Assembly (NCBI RefSeq): GCF_009914755.1
Contig: NC_060925.1
Length of the DNA stretch: 64,000 nt
Origin: the human T2T-CHM13v2.0 reference genome, Homo sapiens
Strand: one strand, 5' to 3'
Positions 39,561-54,570 of the stretch are shown here, in pieces. A model generated the notes under the pieces. That model worked only from the letters and a program-made list of their open reading frames with translations. It searched no databases and had not been told where the DNA came from. The translations under genes were made by a program, and so were the position numbers. Within the stretch, counting starts at the first letter, position 1. The number at the start of each line of letters is the position of its first letter.

Positions 39561-41280
39561 AGTTAGCCTATTTTTAACCTTAAATATCCTCATTGTCCAC
39601 ATAGCAAAAGTGTATTTTGGACACAAGTCAGATCATGTCACTCCTCTGCTCAAAACCCTGTTCTAGTTCCTCAAGTTATTCATAATCAAAGCCTGTTCTT
39701 TCTGCCCACCCTTCCACTTCCTTTCTGACATTGTCTCCTATCATTTTCCCCTGGGAAAACTGCACTGCAGCCACACTAGTCTTGTTGAAAATTTTAAAAC
39801 ATACTAAACAAGCTCGTGCCTTGAGGCCTCTGTACTGGCTGTTTTCTCTGCCTGCAACCCACTTTATGCATAGGTTTGCATGAGTAACTTCAGCTCATCT
39901 TCTCAATGAGCCACTCTTCTTTAAAACTGCAACTGACCCACTCTCCTCCCTGTCTCCTCCCAATTTTGATTCTTTTTATCCTGATTTATTTTCTTAAGCA
40001 CTCATCACCTTCTAACATACCATATTTTTTTATGATTATTGCTTGTTGTCTGTCTTTCCTTGCCAGAATGTAAACTCCACAGAGTCAAAGGCCTGCATCT
40101 ACTTCATTCTCTCTAAACCCCAAATGCCTCTAATTGTGGCTGGGCTAGAGTAAGTGTTCAAAAGTATTTGTATTATCAGTGAATATGGACAGAATTTAAG
40201 CTGAAGGGCTGGGGTGAAGAAGCGAATGTAGAGTGAAGTCTAAGAAGTAGACTTGAATGAGTCTAGGAATAGTCTAAGGAGAGAGTGTAGGTCAAGTAGA
40301 AGAGAGAGCTCAGGACCAAACTCAGTGGCAGATGCAGGATGAGGCTGACTTGGACAGCAGCCGAAAGGAAATCAGTAATAGAAGCTGAGACCAGGACAAT
40401 AAAGGGAAGAAAACCAATACAGTGTGTTCTCCTTGAAACTGAGAGAAGAGGGTATTTTTTAAAGAAGTGTGGTAAGCAGTGTCAAATGCTGCTGAAATGT
40501 TAAGGAAGCTGTGCATAGGAAGAGCTCTTGATTTCGTGGCAAATCGTCTTGATATGAGCCTTTTAATGGAGTGATAAGGACAGAAACCTGGTTGGAGTGG
40601 GTGGAAGGGAGAACAGATGTGTAGAGGTAGAAACAGGGAATAGTAATATATTCTTTTGAGAAGTTTGGCTGTAAACTGTAAAGGGGAACAGGAACAGGAG
40701 ATGGTAGCTGGAGGGGCCCGTGGAGTCACATATTTAAAAAATGGGAGATACCAGGAGTATATTTTTATATTGATGGCAATTTTTCAATAATGAGGTAGAG
40801 ATTGATGACTCAGGAGAGAAAGATATTTTACATATATATATATATATGAATTAGAACTTTCTTCTCACTTTGCATATGGAAATCAAGTTAACCAAAAATC
40901 TGTATATGGCAAACTGATATGGGTGTGCTCAGGCCTCAGCCAATTAACTGTGAGTTAGCTACAGTATCCTTAGCAAAGCAGTATTTTATACCCACAGCAA
41001 CAATCATTGCATGCTTAGCTCTTTGCATAGATAAATTTGCAACAACAGTACTTCATAGAAAATGAAGTGGTATGTAAACTACCAGGCTATATCTATGAGG
41101 AGCAGGGAAATTCTTTAAAAATCATTTTTGAAGGTTTTAACTAAATTATTACTTTTCATAAACTGGACCTTCTAAGTGAAGGGTGCAGCAACAATGAAAA
41201 GTTCCCCATCTCCTCCCCCATGCCCCAGTTGTTTAGTTCTCCTCCCTTATGGTAACAAAAGTTATTTATTTACCATTTTC

Positions 41281-41457
41281 TTTTCGTTTTTAATTTTTTT
41301 TTGAGACAGAGTCTCACTCTGTTGCCCGGGTTGGAGTATTGTGGCATGATCTTGGCTCATGGCAACCTCTGTCTCCAAGACTCAAACAATCCTCCCACCT
41401 CAGCCTCCTGAGTCACCACAGGTGTGTGCCACCATGCCCAGCTAATTTTTGTGTGTG

Positions 41458-41504
<47 letters not shown>

Positions 41505-41670
41505 ATATATATATATATATATACACACACCCACATATGTATTTTTTTTTGTGGATACAAGGTCTCACTAAGTTGCCCAGGCTGGTCTTGAACTCCTGGG
41601 CTGAAGCAATCCACCTGCCTTGGCCTCCCAAATTGTTGGGATTACAGGTATGAGCCACTGCACCCAACCA
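41281..41670 (-). mobile_element. AluJ with compound (TG)/(TA) microsatellite in the linker
   Basis: Alu arms either side of 41451-41530; TSD tttaccattttctt. Confidence 0.9.
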
Positions 41671-41927
41671 GTTTACCATTTTCTTGTCTATCCTTGCTAA
41701 GGTAGATTATTTGTGAGCAAAGTTTTTGCTCCTACTATGTCAGACTTGGTGTATCCCATTTCATCTTCACATGAAGCTAGGAGATTTGTATTGTTATACA
41801 TAAGGAAATTGAGGCTTAGATAAGTTAAATGTCTTACCTAGAGTCATACTGCTGACAAGAGACAGGGTTATGATTTTATTTCTGTGCTATGTGGAGGTAA
41901 AATGTACTTGTGAAGTGTATTAGTAGT

Positions 41928-42285
41928 TCCAGTGTTTTGATTTCAAGACCCCTGTTTCTTAAAAACAACTGAAGATCCCAAAGAACTTTTGTTTCTGATC
42001 TTTATATCGATCAATAGTACCATATTGAAAATTAAAGTAGAGAAGTGTTTAAAGGAAAAGAATACTGAGACATGTATACGACTAGCCAGCAGAGTGACTA
42101 CATCCTCATACATCATGGAGCCTCTGGAAAACTCCACTGTAGTGTACCCTCATGAAGGGGATGAAGGTGAAAAAGACATGTAAGTTCTTACTGTTAGTAT
42201 GAACATAGTTTTTCCCTGGCAGAGCCCCTGAAAGAGTGTTTGGGACCCTAAGAGATTAGTGGCCTACATGTTGAGTACTGCTTAA
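41928..42285. mobile_element. hAT-Charlie-like relic
   Basis: cagtgtttt...caagacccctg...gaagatcccaaagaacttttg...ttgagtactg; subfamily uncertain. Confidence 0.5.
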
Positions 42286-42680
42286 CTATACTATATCCCA
42301 CTTTAATTGGCAGCTCCAAATAAAGATGAATCCAATTTGTTTGAACTTTTATTCAGTAAAGAAAGGGCTGCTATGCTTGTAACTCTTGATAAACACAGAC
42401 AAAATATTTGTGGTTAACTATAAAATGTTCTCATATAAATAAGGCCTATTAGAAAGACATTTAGGGTTAAACAGTCTAAAAATTGTGACTGGCACTGTAC
42501 TCCAACTGTCTGATTTTGTTGTTGAGCCTAAAGTCCATAGGGCCCAAATGACCTGTACAAGATAAGACAATCCATCAATACCAGAATCGCAAATGAATTA
42601 CAAATTCGCAACTCATACCTACACACTCTTTTCGATTTAAATTAAAATTATTTGTTGAAAACAAGACATTCAAAATTTCT

Positions 42681-43050
<370 letters not shown>

Positions 43051-44047
43051 TCACAGGTCCACCTTTATTACTTGATAGATCTTATACTCTAGTGTATCTG
43101 TCTCTTCACTTGTTTGTCCCCTTACCACTTCCTAATAACATCACATTGAGGGTTAGGATTTCATTGTAAGGATTTGGAAAGGGAGTGGGCAACTGCATTC
43201 AGTCCAGAGCAATGACCATATAGGATTTAGCCCTTAGAAAAGTTGTTTTACATTTAATCATCTCAAGAGAAAAATTCAGCACTCATATAGCAAAATCATA
43301 CTTAATGATAAAACTTTAGCAGTCTTCCTGTTAATATAACAAATAAGACAGATGCATTCTATTTATTATTGTAGTGGTAATCCTAGGCAATGTAAGATAA
43401 GGTAATAAAAAGAGCTATGCAGCAGAGATTATTATAATTTACCAAATATTCATTTATTTTACTTTTTTCGCAGTTGCTAGTTTCCCTGCCCCTAAATAGA
43501 GAGGTTATGAGACATTCTTATCAATGGGATGTGAGAAGAAGGAATGTCAGCTATTTCCAGGTCTGGACCTTAAAAGCTTCTTGCAGAACTCTGCAGCATG
43601 CTCTTCCCCTATCATGATCTGACACTGATATAAGATGGAGAAGGGCAGCCAAATCCACCTTTGACTTTCCCACTTTTATTGCATTAGGTAGTGAGATTTG
43701 GAATTTTATTTGTTACAAGAGCCTATCCTATCCTATCTTATTCTAACACAAGGTACATGGGTTTTGAAGCATGAGATATGATTATTAACTACCTAAAAGG
43801 TCCACAGAATCTAAAAATAAACAATTATAGAGTTCAGCAATTTTAGGATCATACAAAAATCAATTGTATTTCCCAATAAAAAAAAACAACCAGATTCTAA
43901 AACTTACAACTTACAGGAAAGGTGGGAATTGGCAGTAATCAATATTCTAGTCAAGGAAATTTAGTTACAGGGAAAAGAAACTCATTTTGATTGGTTTTGT
44001 AAGGAAGAGAAAAGGCAAGTATAGAACCCAAGCCTGTACAGAAGCTA

Positions 44048-44774
44048 CAGCTGACCTCTGAGCAATGCAAGGGTTAGGGGATCCAATGTCCTACACAGGC
44101 AAACGTCTACATATCACATAACTTTCTGTTTTTGTTTGTTTGTTTGTTTGTTTTTTGAGACAGAGTCTCTCTATTGCCCAGGCTGGAGTACAGTGGAACG
44201 ATCTTGGCCACTGCAACCTCTGCCTCCTGGGTTCAAGGGATTCTCCTGCCTCAGCCTCCTAGTAGCTGGAATTACAGGTGTGTGCCACCACACCCAAATT
44301 TTTGTATTTTTTTTTTAGAGACAGGGTTTCCCCATGTTGGCCAGGCTGGTCTTGAACTTCTGACCACAGGTGATCCGCCTGTCTCATCCTCCCAAAGTGC
44401 TGGGATTACAGGCATGACCCACTGTGCCTGGCCTACACATAGCTTTTGACTCCCCCGGAACTTAACTACTAACAGGATACTAATAACAGAAGCCTTACCA
44501 ACAACATAAGCTGTCAACAAACACATATTTTGTTTGTTATATGTATTATATACTGCATTCTTACAATAAAGCAAGCTAGAGAAAAAGTTATTAAGAAAAT
44601 CATAAGGAAGAGAAAGGTCATAAAGGTCTTCATCCTTGCCATTTTCTTGTTGAATAGGTCAAGGAGGAGAAGGAAGAGGAGGAATTGCTCTTGCTGTCTT
44701 AGGAGTGGCAGAGGCAGAAGAAAAGCTATGGGTAAGTGGACCTGTTCAAACCTGTGTTGTTCAAGGGTCAACTT
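44048..44774. mobile_element. Tigger2-type (Tc1/mariner) non-autonomous element, interrupted by an Alu
   Basis: TIR-like ends TA|cagctgacctctgagcaa and ttgttcaagggtcaact(t)|TA. Confidence 0.75.
44123..44433 (-). mobile_element. AluSx-like nested in Tigger
   Basis: Reverse dimer; flanks cacata(a/g)cttt. Confidence 0.93.
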
Positions 44775-45110
44775 TACAGGTTTGGGTTTTGAAACTGGAA
44801 AACTGTCAGAACTGAGTTTCTCTCTCTGTCACTCAGGGGCTGCATGGCACTTCTCTCTCTTTTCCCTTTCTCTTAATTTTCTTTCTTTCCCTTTTGCCCA
44901 GCATGGCTACCAATTGTCAGTCTAAACAACCTTACAGCCTTATTAGTCATAACCATCTGACTACTGTCTCTGTGTGTCTTCAGAAAGACAGGATCTGGTT
45001 GGTTGTTGGCTATGCAATGGGTTTGCTGGCCTTGGGTCAGCTGTTGCTGAAGAGTTAGCGGATACAGACTTGTGCCCCTGCTCTCATTTATCAGCTTAAA
45101 TTACAAATGG

Positions 45111-45268
45111 AGGCATGGTGGCTCACGCCTCTAACCAGCATTTTGGGAGGCCAAGGTGGGAGGATCACTTGAGCCCAGGTCAAGGATACAGTGAGCTATG
45201 ATGGAGCCACTGCACTCCAGCCTGGGTGACATAGTGAGACCTGTCTCTAAACAAACAAAATAAAATAA
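45111..45268 (+). mobile_element. Alu monomer (FLAM-like)
   Basis: aggcatggtggctcacgcc...gcactccagcctgggtgacatagtgagacctgtctct. Confidence 0.85.
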
Positions 45269-45275
45269 ATGGTAG

Positions 45276-45644
<369 letters not shown>

Positions 45645-45896
45645 TGCCCCCTATTTTTGATATTAGACGATAACATGGCTAAAGATTACTCTCTATGGTT
45701 GTCTCTGGAAAGACCCCTCCTCTTGGCAAAGGCTGGTTAGGGAGCTGAGTGCCACCTGTAGCTTGGTTTCCAGGTATTCCTGAAGCTTTACTTCAAATGA
45801 AGCCTGCAATATCAAATACTTTATTGCTGTGTTTGTCAGTGAACATTCAAATCTTTTGGGCTTCTCTGCTTTCTGTAATCCTACTTCTGCTTTTAA

Positions 45897-46394
<498 letters not shown>

Positions 46395-46431
46395 TGATGT
46401 TCCCCTCCCTGTGCCCATATGTTCTCATTGT

Positions 46432-49400
46432 TCAACTCCCACTTATGAGTGAGAACATGTGGTGTTTGGTTTTCTGTTCCTGTGTTAGTTTGCTGAGAAT
46501 GATGGTTTCCAGCTTCATCCATGTCCCTGCAGAGGACATGAACTCATTCTTTTTTATGGCTGCATAGTATTCCATGGTGTATATGTACCATATTTTCTTT
46601 ATCCAGTCTATCATTGATGGGCATTTGGGTTGGTTCCAAGTCTTGGATATTGTGAATAGTGCCACAATAAATATGTGCATGTGTCTTTATACTAGAATGA
46701 TTTATAATGCCTTGGGTATATACCCAGTAATGGGATTGCTGGGTCAAATGGTATTTCTGGGTCTAGATCCTTGAGGAATCACCACACTGTCTTCCACAAT
46801 GGTTAAACTAATTTACACTCCCACCAACAGTGTAAAAGTGTTCCAATTTCTTCACATCCTCTCCAGCATCTGTTGTTTCTTGACTTTTTAATTATCACCA
46901 TTCCAAGTGGTGTGAGATGGTATCTCATTGTGGTTTTGATTTGCATTTCTCTAATTACCAGTGATATGAGGCTTTTTTCATATGTTTGTTGGCTGCATAA
47001 ATGTCTTCTTTTGAAAAGTGTCTGTTCATATCCTTTGCCCACTTTTTGATGAGGTTATTTGTTTTTTTCTTGTAAATTTGTTTAAGTTCCTTGTAGATTC
47101 TGGATATTAGCCCTTTGTCAGATGGATAGGTTGCAAAAATTTTCTCCCATTCTGTAGATTGCCTTTTCACTCTGATGATAGTTTCTTTTGCTGTGCAGAA
47201 GCTCTTTAGTTTAATCAGATCCCATTTGTCAATATTAGCTTTTGTTGCCATTGCTTTTGGTGTTTTAGTCATAAGGTCTTTGCCCATGCCTATGTCCTGA
47301 ATGGTATTGCCTAGGTTTTCTTCTAGGGCTTTTATGGTTTTAGGTCTTATGTTTAAATCTTTAATCCATCTTAATTTTTGTATAAGGTCTAAGAAAGGGG
47401 TCCAGTTTCAGTTTTCTGCATATAGGTAGCCAGTTTTCCCAACACTGTTTATTAAATAGGGAATCCTTTCCCCATTGCTTGTTTTTGTCAGGTTTGTCAA
47501 AGATCAGATGGTTGTAGATGTATGTTGTTACTTCTGAGGCCTCTGTTCTGTTTCATTGGTCTATATATCTGTTTTGGTACCAGTGCTATGCTGTTTTGGT
47601 TACTGTAGCCTTGTAGTATAGTTTGAAGTTAGGTAGCATGATGCCTCCAGCTTTGTTCTTTTTGCTTAAGATTGTCTTGGTTATATGGGCTCTTTTTTGG
47701 TTCCATATGAAATTTAAAGTAATTTTTACTAATTTCATGAAGAAAGTCAATGGTAGCTTGATGGGGTAGCATTGAATCTATAAATTACTTTGGGCAGTAT
47801 GGCCATTTTCAGGATATTGATTCTTCCTATCCATGAGCATGGAATATTTTTCCATTTGTTTGTGTCCTCTCTTAACTTCCTTGTGCAGTGGTTTGTAGTT
47901 CTCCTTGGGGAGGTCCTTCACAACCCTTGTAAGTTGTATTCCTAGGTATTTTGTTTTCTTTGTAGCAATTGTGAATGGAAGTTCACTCATGATTTGGCTC
48001 TCTTTCTATTATTGGTGTATAGGAATGCTTGTGATTTTTGCACATTGATTTTGTATCCTGAGAATTTGCTTATCAGCTTAAGGCATTTTTGGGCTAAGAT
48101 GATGGGGTTTTCTAAATGTACAATCATGTCATCTGCAAACAGAGATAATTTGACTTCCTCTCTTCCTATTTGAATATGCTTTATTTCTTTATCTTGCCTG
48201 ATTGCCCTGGCCAGAAGTTTCAATGCCATGTTGAATAGAAATGGTGAGAGAGGGCATCCTTGTCCTGTGCTGGTTTTCCAAGGGAATGCTTCCAGCTTTT
48301 GCCCATTCAGTATGATATTGGCTGTGGGTTTGTCATAAATAGCTCTTATTATTTTGAGATACATTCCATCAATGCCTAATTTATTGAGTGGTTTTAGCAT
48401 GAAGGGGTGCTGAATTTTATTGAAGGCCTTTTCTGCATCTATTGAGATAATCATGTGGTTTTTGTCATTGTTTCTGTTTTTGTGATAGATTATGTTTATT
48501 GACTTAGGTATATTGAACCAGCCTTGCATCCCAGGGATGAAGCTGACCCGATCGTGGTGGATAAGCTTTATAATGTGTTGCTGGATTTGATTTGCCAGTA
48601 TTTTATTGAGAATATCTGTATCAATGTTCATCATGGATATTGGTGTGAAATTTTCTTTTTTTGTCGTGTCTCTGCCAGGTTTTGGTATCAGGATGATGCT
48701 GGCCTTATAAAATGAGTTAGGGAGGAGTTCTTCTTTTTCTATTGTTTGGAACAGTTTTAGAAGAAATTGTACCAGCTCCTCTTTGTACCTCTGGTAGAAT
48801 TCGGCTGTGAATCCTTCTGGTCCTGGGCTTTTTTTGGTTGGTAGTCTATTAATTACTGCCTCAATTTCAGAACTTGTTATTGGTCTATTCAGAGATTCAA
48901 CTTCTTCCTGGTTTAGTCTTGGGAGGGTGTATGTGTCCAGGAATTTATCCATTTCTTCTAGATTTTCTAGTTTATTTATGTAAAGGTGTTTATAGTATCC
49001 TCTGATGGTAGTTTGTATTTCTGTGGGATCAGTAGCGATATTCCCTTTGTCATTATTCACTGTGTCTATTTGATTCTTCTCTCTTTTCTTCTTTATTAGT
49101 CTAGCTAGCAGTCTATTTATTTTGTTAATCTTTTCAAAAATCCAGCTCCTGGATTTATCGATTTTTTGAAGGGTTTTTCATGTCTCTATCTTCTTCAGTT
49201 CTGCTCTCGTCTTAATTATTTCTTGTCTTCTGGTAGCTTTTGAACTTGTTTGCTCTTGCTTCTCTAGTTCTTTTAATTGTGATGTTAGGGTGTTGATTTT
49301 AGATCTTTCCTGCTTTCTCTTGTGGGCACTTATTGCTATAAATTTCCCTCTAAACACTGCTTTAGCTGTGTCCCAGAGATTCTGGTATGTTGTATCTTTG

Positions 49401-50244
49401 TTCTCATTGGTTTCAATGAACGTATGTATTTTTGCTTTAATTTCATTCTACACCCAGTAGTCATTCAGGAGCAGGTTGTTCAATTTCCATGTAGTTGTGT
49501 GGTTTTGAGTGAGTTTCTTAAGCCTGAGTTCTAATTTGATTGCACTGTGTTCTGAGAGACTGTTATGATTTCCATTCTTTTGCATTTGCTGAGGAGTGTT
49601 TTACTTCCAATTATGTGGTCAGTTTTAGAATAAGTGTGATGTGGTGCTGAGAAGAAAGCATATTCTGTTGATTTGGGGTGGAGAATTCTGTAGATGTCTA
49701 TTAGGTCTGTTAGATGTCTATTAGATCTGCTAGAGCTGAGTTCAAGTCCTGAATATCCATGTTAATTTTCTGTCTCGTTGATCTGTCTAATATTGACAGT
49801 GGGGTGTTAAAGTCTCTCACTATTATTCTGTGGGAGTTTAAGTCTCTTTGCAGGTCTCTAAGAACTTGCTTTATGAATCTGGGTGCTCCTGTATTGGGTG
49901 CATATAGATTTAGGATAGTTAGCTCTTCTTGTTCCATTGATCCCTTTACCACTATGTAATTCCCTTCTATGTCTTTTTTGATCTTTGTTGGTTTAAAGTC
50001 TGTTTTATCAAAGACTAGGATTGCAACCCCTGCTTTTTTTGCTTTCCATTTGCTTGGTAAATATTCCTCCATCCCTTCGTTTTGAGCCTATGTGTGTCTT
50101 TGCACGTGAGGTTGGTCTCCTGAATACAGCACACTGATGGGTCTTGTCTCTTTATCCAATTTGCCAGTCTGTGTCTTTTATTGGGGCATTTAGCCCATTT
50201 ACATTTAAGGTTAATATTGTTATGTGTGAATTTGATTCTGTCAT
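46432..50244 (-). pseudogene. L1 ORF2p (endonuclease/RT) remnant, multiply disrupted
   Basis: Start MTESNSHIT at 50244; fragments with [34 protein letters not shown] in different frames. Confidence 0.94.
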
Positions 50245-50307
50245 TATGATGCTAGCTGGTTATTTTACCCACTAGTTGATACAGTTTCTTGATAGTGTTG
50301 ATCGTCT

Positions 50308-51324
50308 TTACATTTTGGTATGTTTCTGCAGTGGCTGGTAGAAGTTTTTCCTTTCCATACTCAGTGCTTCCTTCAGAAGCTCTTGTAATGCAGGCCTGGT
50401 GGTGTGACAAAATCTCTCAGCATTTGCTTATCTGTAAAATATTTCATTTCTCCTTCACTTTTGAAGCTTAGTTTGGCTGGATATGAAATTCTGGGTTGAA
50501 AATTCTTTGCGTTAAGAATGTTGAATATTGGCCCCCACTCTCTTCTGGTTTGTAGGTTTTCTGCAGACAGATCCACTGTTAGTCTGATGGGCTTCCCTTT
50601 GTAGGTAACCCGACCTTTGTCTCTGGCTGCCCTTAACATTTTTTTCATCATTTCAACTTTGGTGAATCTGATGATTACGTGTCTTGGGGTTGCTCTTCTT
50701 GAGGAGTATCTTTGTAGTGTTCTCTGTATTTCCTGACTTTGAATGTTGGCCTGTCTTGCTAGATTGGGGAAGTTCTCCTTGATAATATCCTGAAGTGTGT
50801 TTTCCAACTTGGTTCCATTCTCCTTGCCATTTTCAGGTACACCAATTAAATGTAGGTTTGATCTTTTCACATAGCCCCATATTTTTTGGAGCCTTTGTTT
50901 GTTCCTTTTCATTCTTTTTTCTCTAATCTTCTTGCACTGGTCCATTAAGTTGATCTTCAATCTCTGATATCCTTTCTTCTGCTTGATTGATTTGGCTATT
51001 GATACTTGTGTATGCTTCACAAAGTTCTAGTGCTGTGTTTTTCTGCTCCATCATTTATGTTCTTCTCTAAACTGGTTATTCTAGTTAGCAGTTCCTGTAA
51101 CCTTTTTTTTCAAGGTTCTTAGCTTCCTTGCATTGGGTTAGAACATGCTCCTTTTGCTCAGAGGAGTTTGTTATTACCTTGCTTCTGAAGCCTATTTCTG
51201 TCAGTTTGTCGAAGTCATTCTCCGTCCAGTTTTGTTCCCTTGCTGGCGAGGAGTTGTGATCCTTTGGAGATAAGGCATTCCAGTTTTTGGAATTTTCAGC
51301 CTTTTTGCGCTGGTTTACTCTCAT
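50308..51324 (-). pseudogene. L1 ORF1p remnant, frameshifted
   Basis: Fragments 51085-51330 and 50373-51020 (ENFPNLARQANIQ, YKGKPIRLTVDLSAE, NFQPRISYPAKLSF). Confidence 0.92.
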
Positions 51325-53039
51325 CTTCATGGATTTATCTACCTTTATCTTCGATATTGGTGACCTTCGGATGGGGTTGTTTCATTGTCTTCCTTTGTGT
51401 TGATGTTGATGCTATTGCTTTCTGTTTGTTAGTTTTCCTTTTAACAGTCAGGGCGCTTTTCTGCAGGTCTGCTGGAGTTTGCTGGAGGTCCACTCCAGAC
51501 CCTGTTTGCCTGGGTATCACCAGTGGAGGCTGCAGAACATCAAAGACTGCTGCCTGCTCCTTCCTCTGGAAGCTTTGTCCCAGAGGGGCACCTGCCGGAT
51601 GCCAGCTGGAGCTCTCCTGTATGAGATGTCTGTGAACTCCTTCTGGGATGGGTCTCCCTTTCAGAAGACACAGGGGTCAGGGACGCACTTGAGGAGGCAG
51701 TCTGTCCCTTAGCGGAGCTCAAGTGCTGTGCTAGGAAATCTGCTGCTCTCTTCAGAGCCAGCAGGCAGGAACGTTTAAGTCTGCTGAAGTTGCACCCACA
51801 GCCAGCCCTTCCCTCAGGTGCTCTGTCCCAGGGAGATGGGAGTTTTTCTCTAAGTTCCTGACTGGGGCTGCTGCCTTTCTTTCAGAGATGCCCTGCCTAG
51901 AGAGGAGAAATCTAGAGAGGCAGTCTGGCTACAGCGGCTTTGCGGTGCTGTGGTGGGATCTGCCCAGTCCAAACTTCCTGGTGGCTTTGTTCACACTGTG
52001 AGGGGAAAACCACCTACTCAAGCCTCCATAATGGCGGACATCCCTCCCCGAACCAAGGTCAAGCATCCTAGGTTGACTTCAGACTGCTGTACTGGCAGCA
52101 AGAATGTCAAGCCAGTAGGTCTTAGCTTGCTGGGCTCCATGGGGGTGGGATCCACTGAGCAAGACCACACGGCTCCCTGGCTTCAGCCCCCTTTTCAGGG
52201 GAGTGGACAGTTCTGTCTTGCTGGGGTTCCAGGTGCCACTGGGGTATGGAAAAAAAAAACTCCTGCAGCTACCTCAGTGTCTGCCCAAACAGCTGCCTGG
52301 TTTTGTGCTTGAAACCCAGGGCCCTGGTGGTGTAGGCACCTGAGGGAATCTCCTGGTCTGTGGGTTGTGACGACTGTAGGAAAAGTGTAGTATCTGGGCC
52401 AGATAGCACAGTCGTTCATGGCACAGTCCCTCAAGGCTTCCTTTGGCTAGGGGAGGGAGTTCCCCGACCCCTTGCACTTCCCGGGTGAGGCGACGCCCCA
52501 CCCTGCTTCTGCGCCTTCCATGGGCTGCACCCACTGTCCAACCAGTCCCAGTGGGATGAACCGGGTATCTCAGTTGGAAATGCAGAAATCACCCACCTTC
52601 TGTGTTGGTCTCACTGGGAGCTGCAGACTGGAGCTGTTTCTATTTGGCCATCTTGCCTGGGAATCCCCTACTTCTGCTTTTACATGAGAGGCCCATGTTC
52701 TGCCTTCAGTTCATTTTTACCCATGGCTGTTCACTTAGTTTCAGGAGAGGAAATCATGGCATCCTTGGATGGAAATAGCTAACTGCTTATGAACTTTGGA
52801 CTGCTTTCCAACATCACTTACCATCTCTCCTAGATCCTAATGCATTGACAGAGTCAAGTGCAAGAATCAAGCTCTAACTTTCCTAATTTAAAAGTCAGAG
52901 TGATGCCAGAGCCTAGACCTGTTTAGGAAGCAGGGTGGTTTTGATTGCCAGCCCTTACCAGCAAAATCTCCTGCAGCCTGTCTCTTTGGGCACATCCTTA
53001 GCCTCTCCCTGGTCTGCCTCTTTCATTCACACCCTGTCC

Positions 53040-53395
53040 CTAGACTCATGACTCAGACCCAGTTACAACACACTCTTCAATGAGGCTGTGCTTTTGTTCA
53101 TGATTTCCTCTTTTCTTAGAATGCCCTTCTATGCCTGGAAAGGATGTATTTCCATCCTTGAAAATACAAATTTAATGTCATCTCCATTTGGAAGAGTGTC
53201 TTGACTCCCCAGACTGAGTTACTTGTCTCTCTTCTCTGTTCTTTCTGCTGTTTATGGCATTTTTATATTAGATTGATCTATTTACCTGTCTTTTCTCCCC
53301 ACTAGACCTTGAACTCTTAGAGGACAGGGACTAGGGATACAAAATATGTTTGGCACCATATGGGTGCTCTATAGATGTCTGCGGAATGAATAAAT
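53040..53395. mobile_element. L2 3' fragment
   Basis: ctccccactagaccttgaactcttagaggacaggga...tggcacc...gaatgaataaat. Confidence 0.65.
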
Positions 53396-54354
53396 TATCT
53401 TTTATTTAAATACATTATCTTATTGGCAATATGCTAGCTGTTTTAAAAATATTTATTATAAAACACACCTATTTTTGGGGTCCAGGATTTCATCTATTTA
53501 AACACACTGTTATTTTTTTAAAAACTATTTTATGTATCCCTAAGAAAGAGAAAAATATGCTGCTAATTCAACAAGAACACAGTGATTCCTTTATCACTTA
53601 GATGTGTATTTTATACTTATTGAAAGACTTCTTTAGACTTGCATGGGCATAGTTTGTTTTTTCTTTTTAAGTTTTATATGAAGTGACTGTTTCTGTGCCT
53701 TTTGTGTATACTTTTTATTTTAATGCCAAATCATAGTATGATTTTTTGAAGCCATTTTAAGTGGCAATTAAACTCAATGTGTGTGTCGTACCAACGGTGC
53801 ACAGAACTCAAGTGAAGTGACGAGAGTTTGTGCAGGCACAGGAAATGACAAGTATGTAACAACTGCCATCTACAGTGATTATAAGATTGTTAGATGCGTG
53901 CAATTTCAGAGACGGAGAAATATGAAAAAATGTGCATTGTAAAAATCAATGAGATTTCTGTTCTGTTTTCTAAGTTCTCTTTCAGAATAGAAAAGGGTCC
54001 CCTATGGTAAAAGGTCAGTGCTTAACTTCTAGCCCATTTACTTGAGCAAAGGGCACTAACTTGTTCTTGGTCACAACACTAATGGGACCAGAAAACTAAA
54101 GATGGTAGGGGGCAGCCAAAACACTGCCACCCTGACTGCAGTCGACCAGCAATGACACAAAGCAAAAACCAGTTACAAATTCACAAATGATATTTTAAGG
54201 ATGGTAACAAATGGAATATTTAGGACTTTGGCCGTGCACACATAACTCTTCTGAAAGACACATCTGACTACTATATTCAGTGACTGATGCTGCTGTTCTC
54301 AAAATTATTCTTAGCATAAGTTCCTTATGCCTCAAGAGTATCTCAAAGGATGAT

Positions 54355-54570
54355 AACAATGAGTGCTTTTCAAGTACTTTATGTATATTAAATTGTGTAA
54401 GCCTTAAAACAACCTTATGAGATAGACACTATTATGACCCTCATTTTTCAGATAAGGAAATGGATGAAAAGAGAGTCGAAGCACATTGTCCATGGTCATA
54501 TAATTGTAAGGGGAAGAACCAGGATTTGCCTGGGGGGATCCTGTCTTTTGAGTCTGTGCTCATAACCTTG
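54355..54570 (-). mobile_element. MIR
   Basis: aacaaccttatgagatagacactattatgaccctcatttttcagataaggaaa. Confidence 0.7.

Larger units (their letters stand above)
36190..40810. mobile_element. Cluster of L2 fragments in both orientations, interrupted by LTRs and Alus
   Basis: L2-like purine-rich runs at 36190-37630 and 40180-40810 and pyrimidine-rich runs at 37650-37750 and 39020-40180. Confidence 0.6.

Noticed and set aside
46432-51330. Reverse transcriptase/endonuclease ORFs as an active or novel retro-system
   Set aside because: Ordinary L1 ORF1/ORF2 broken by several frameshifts and stops
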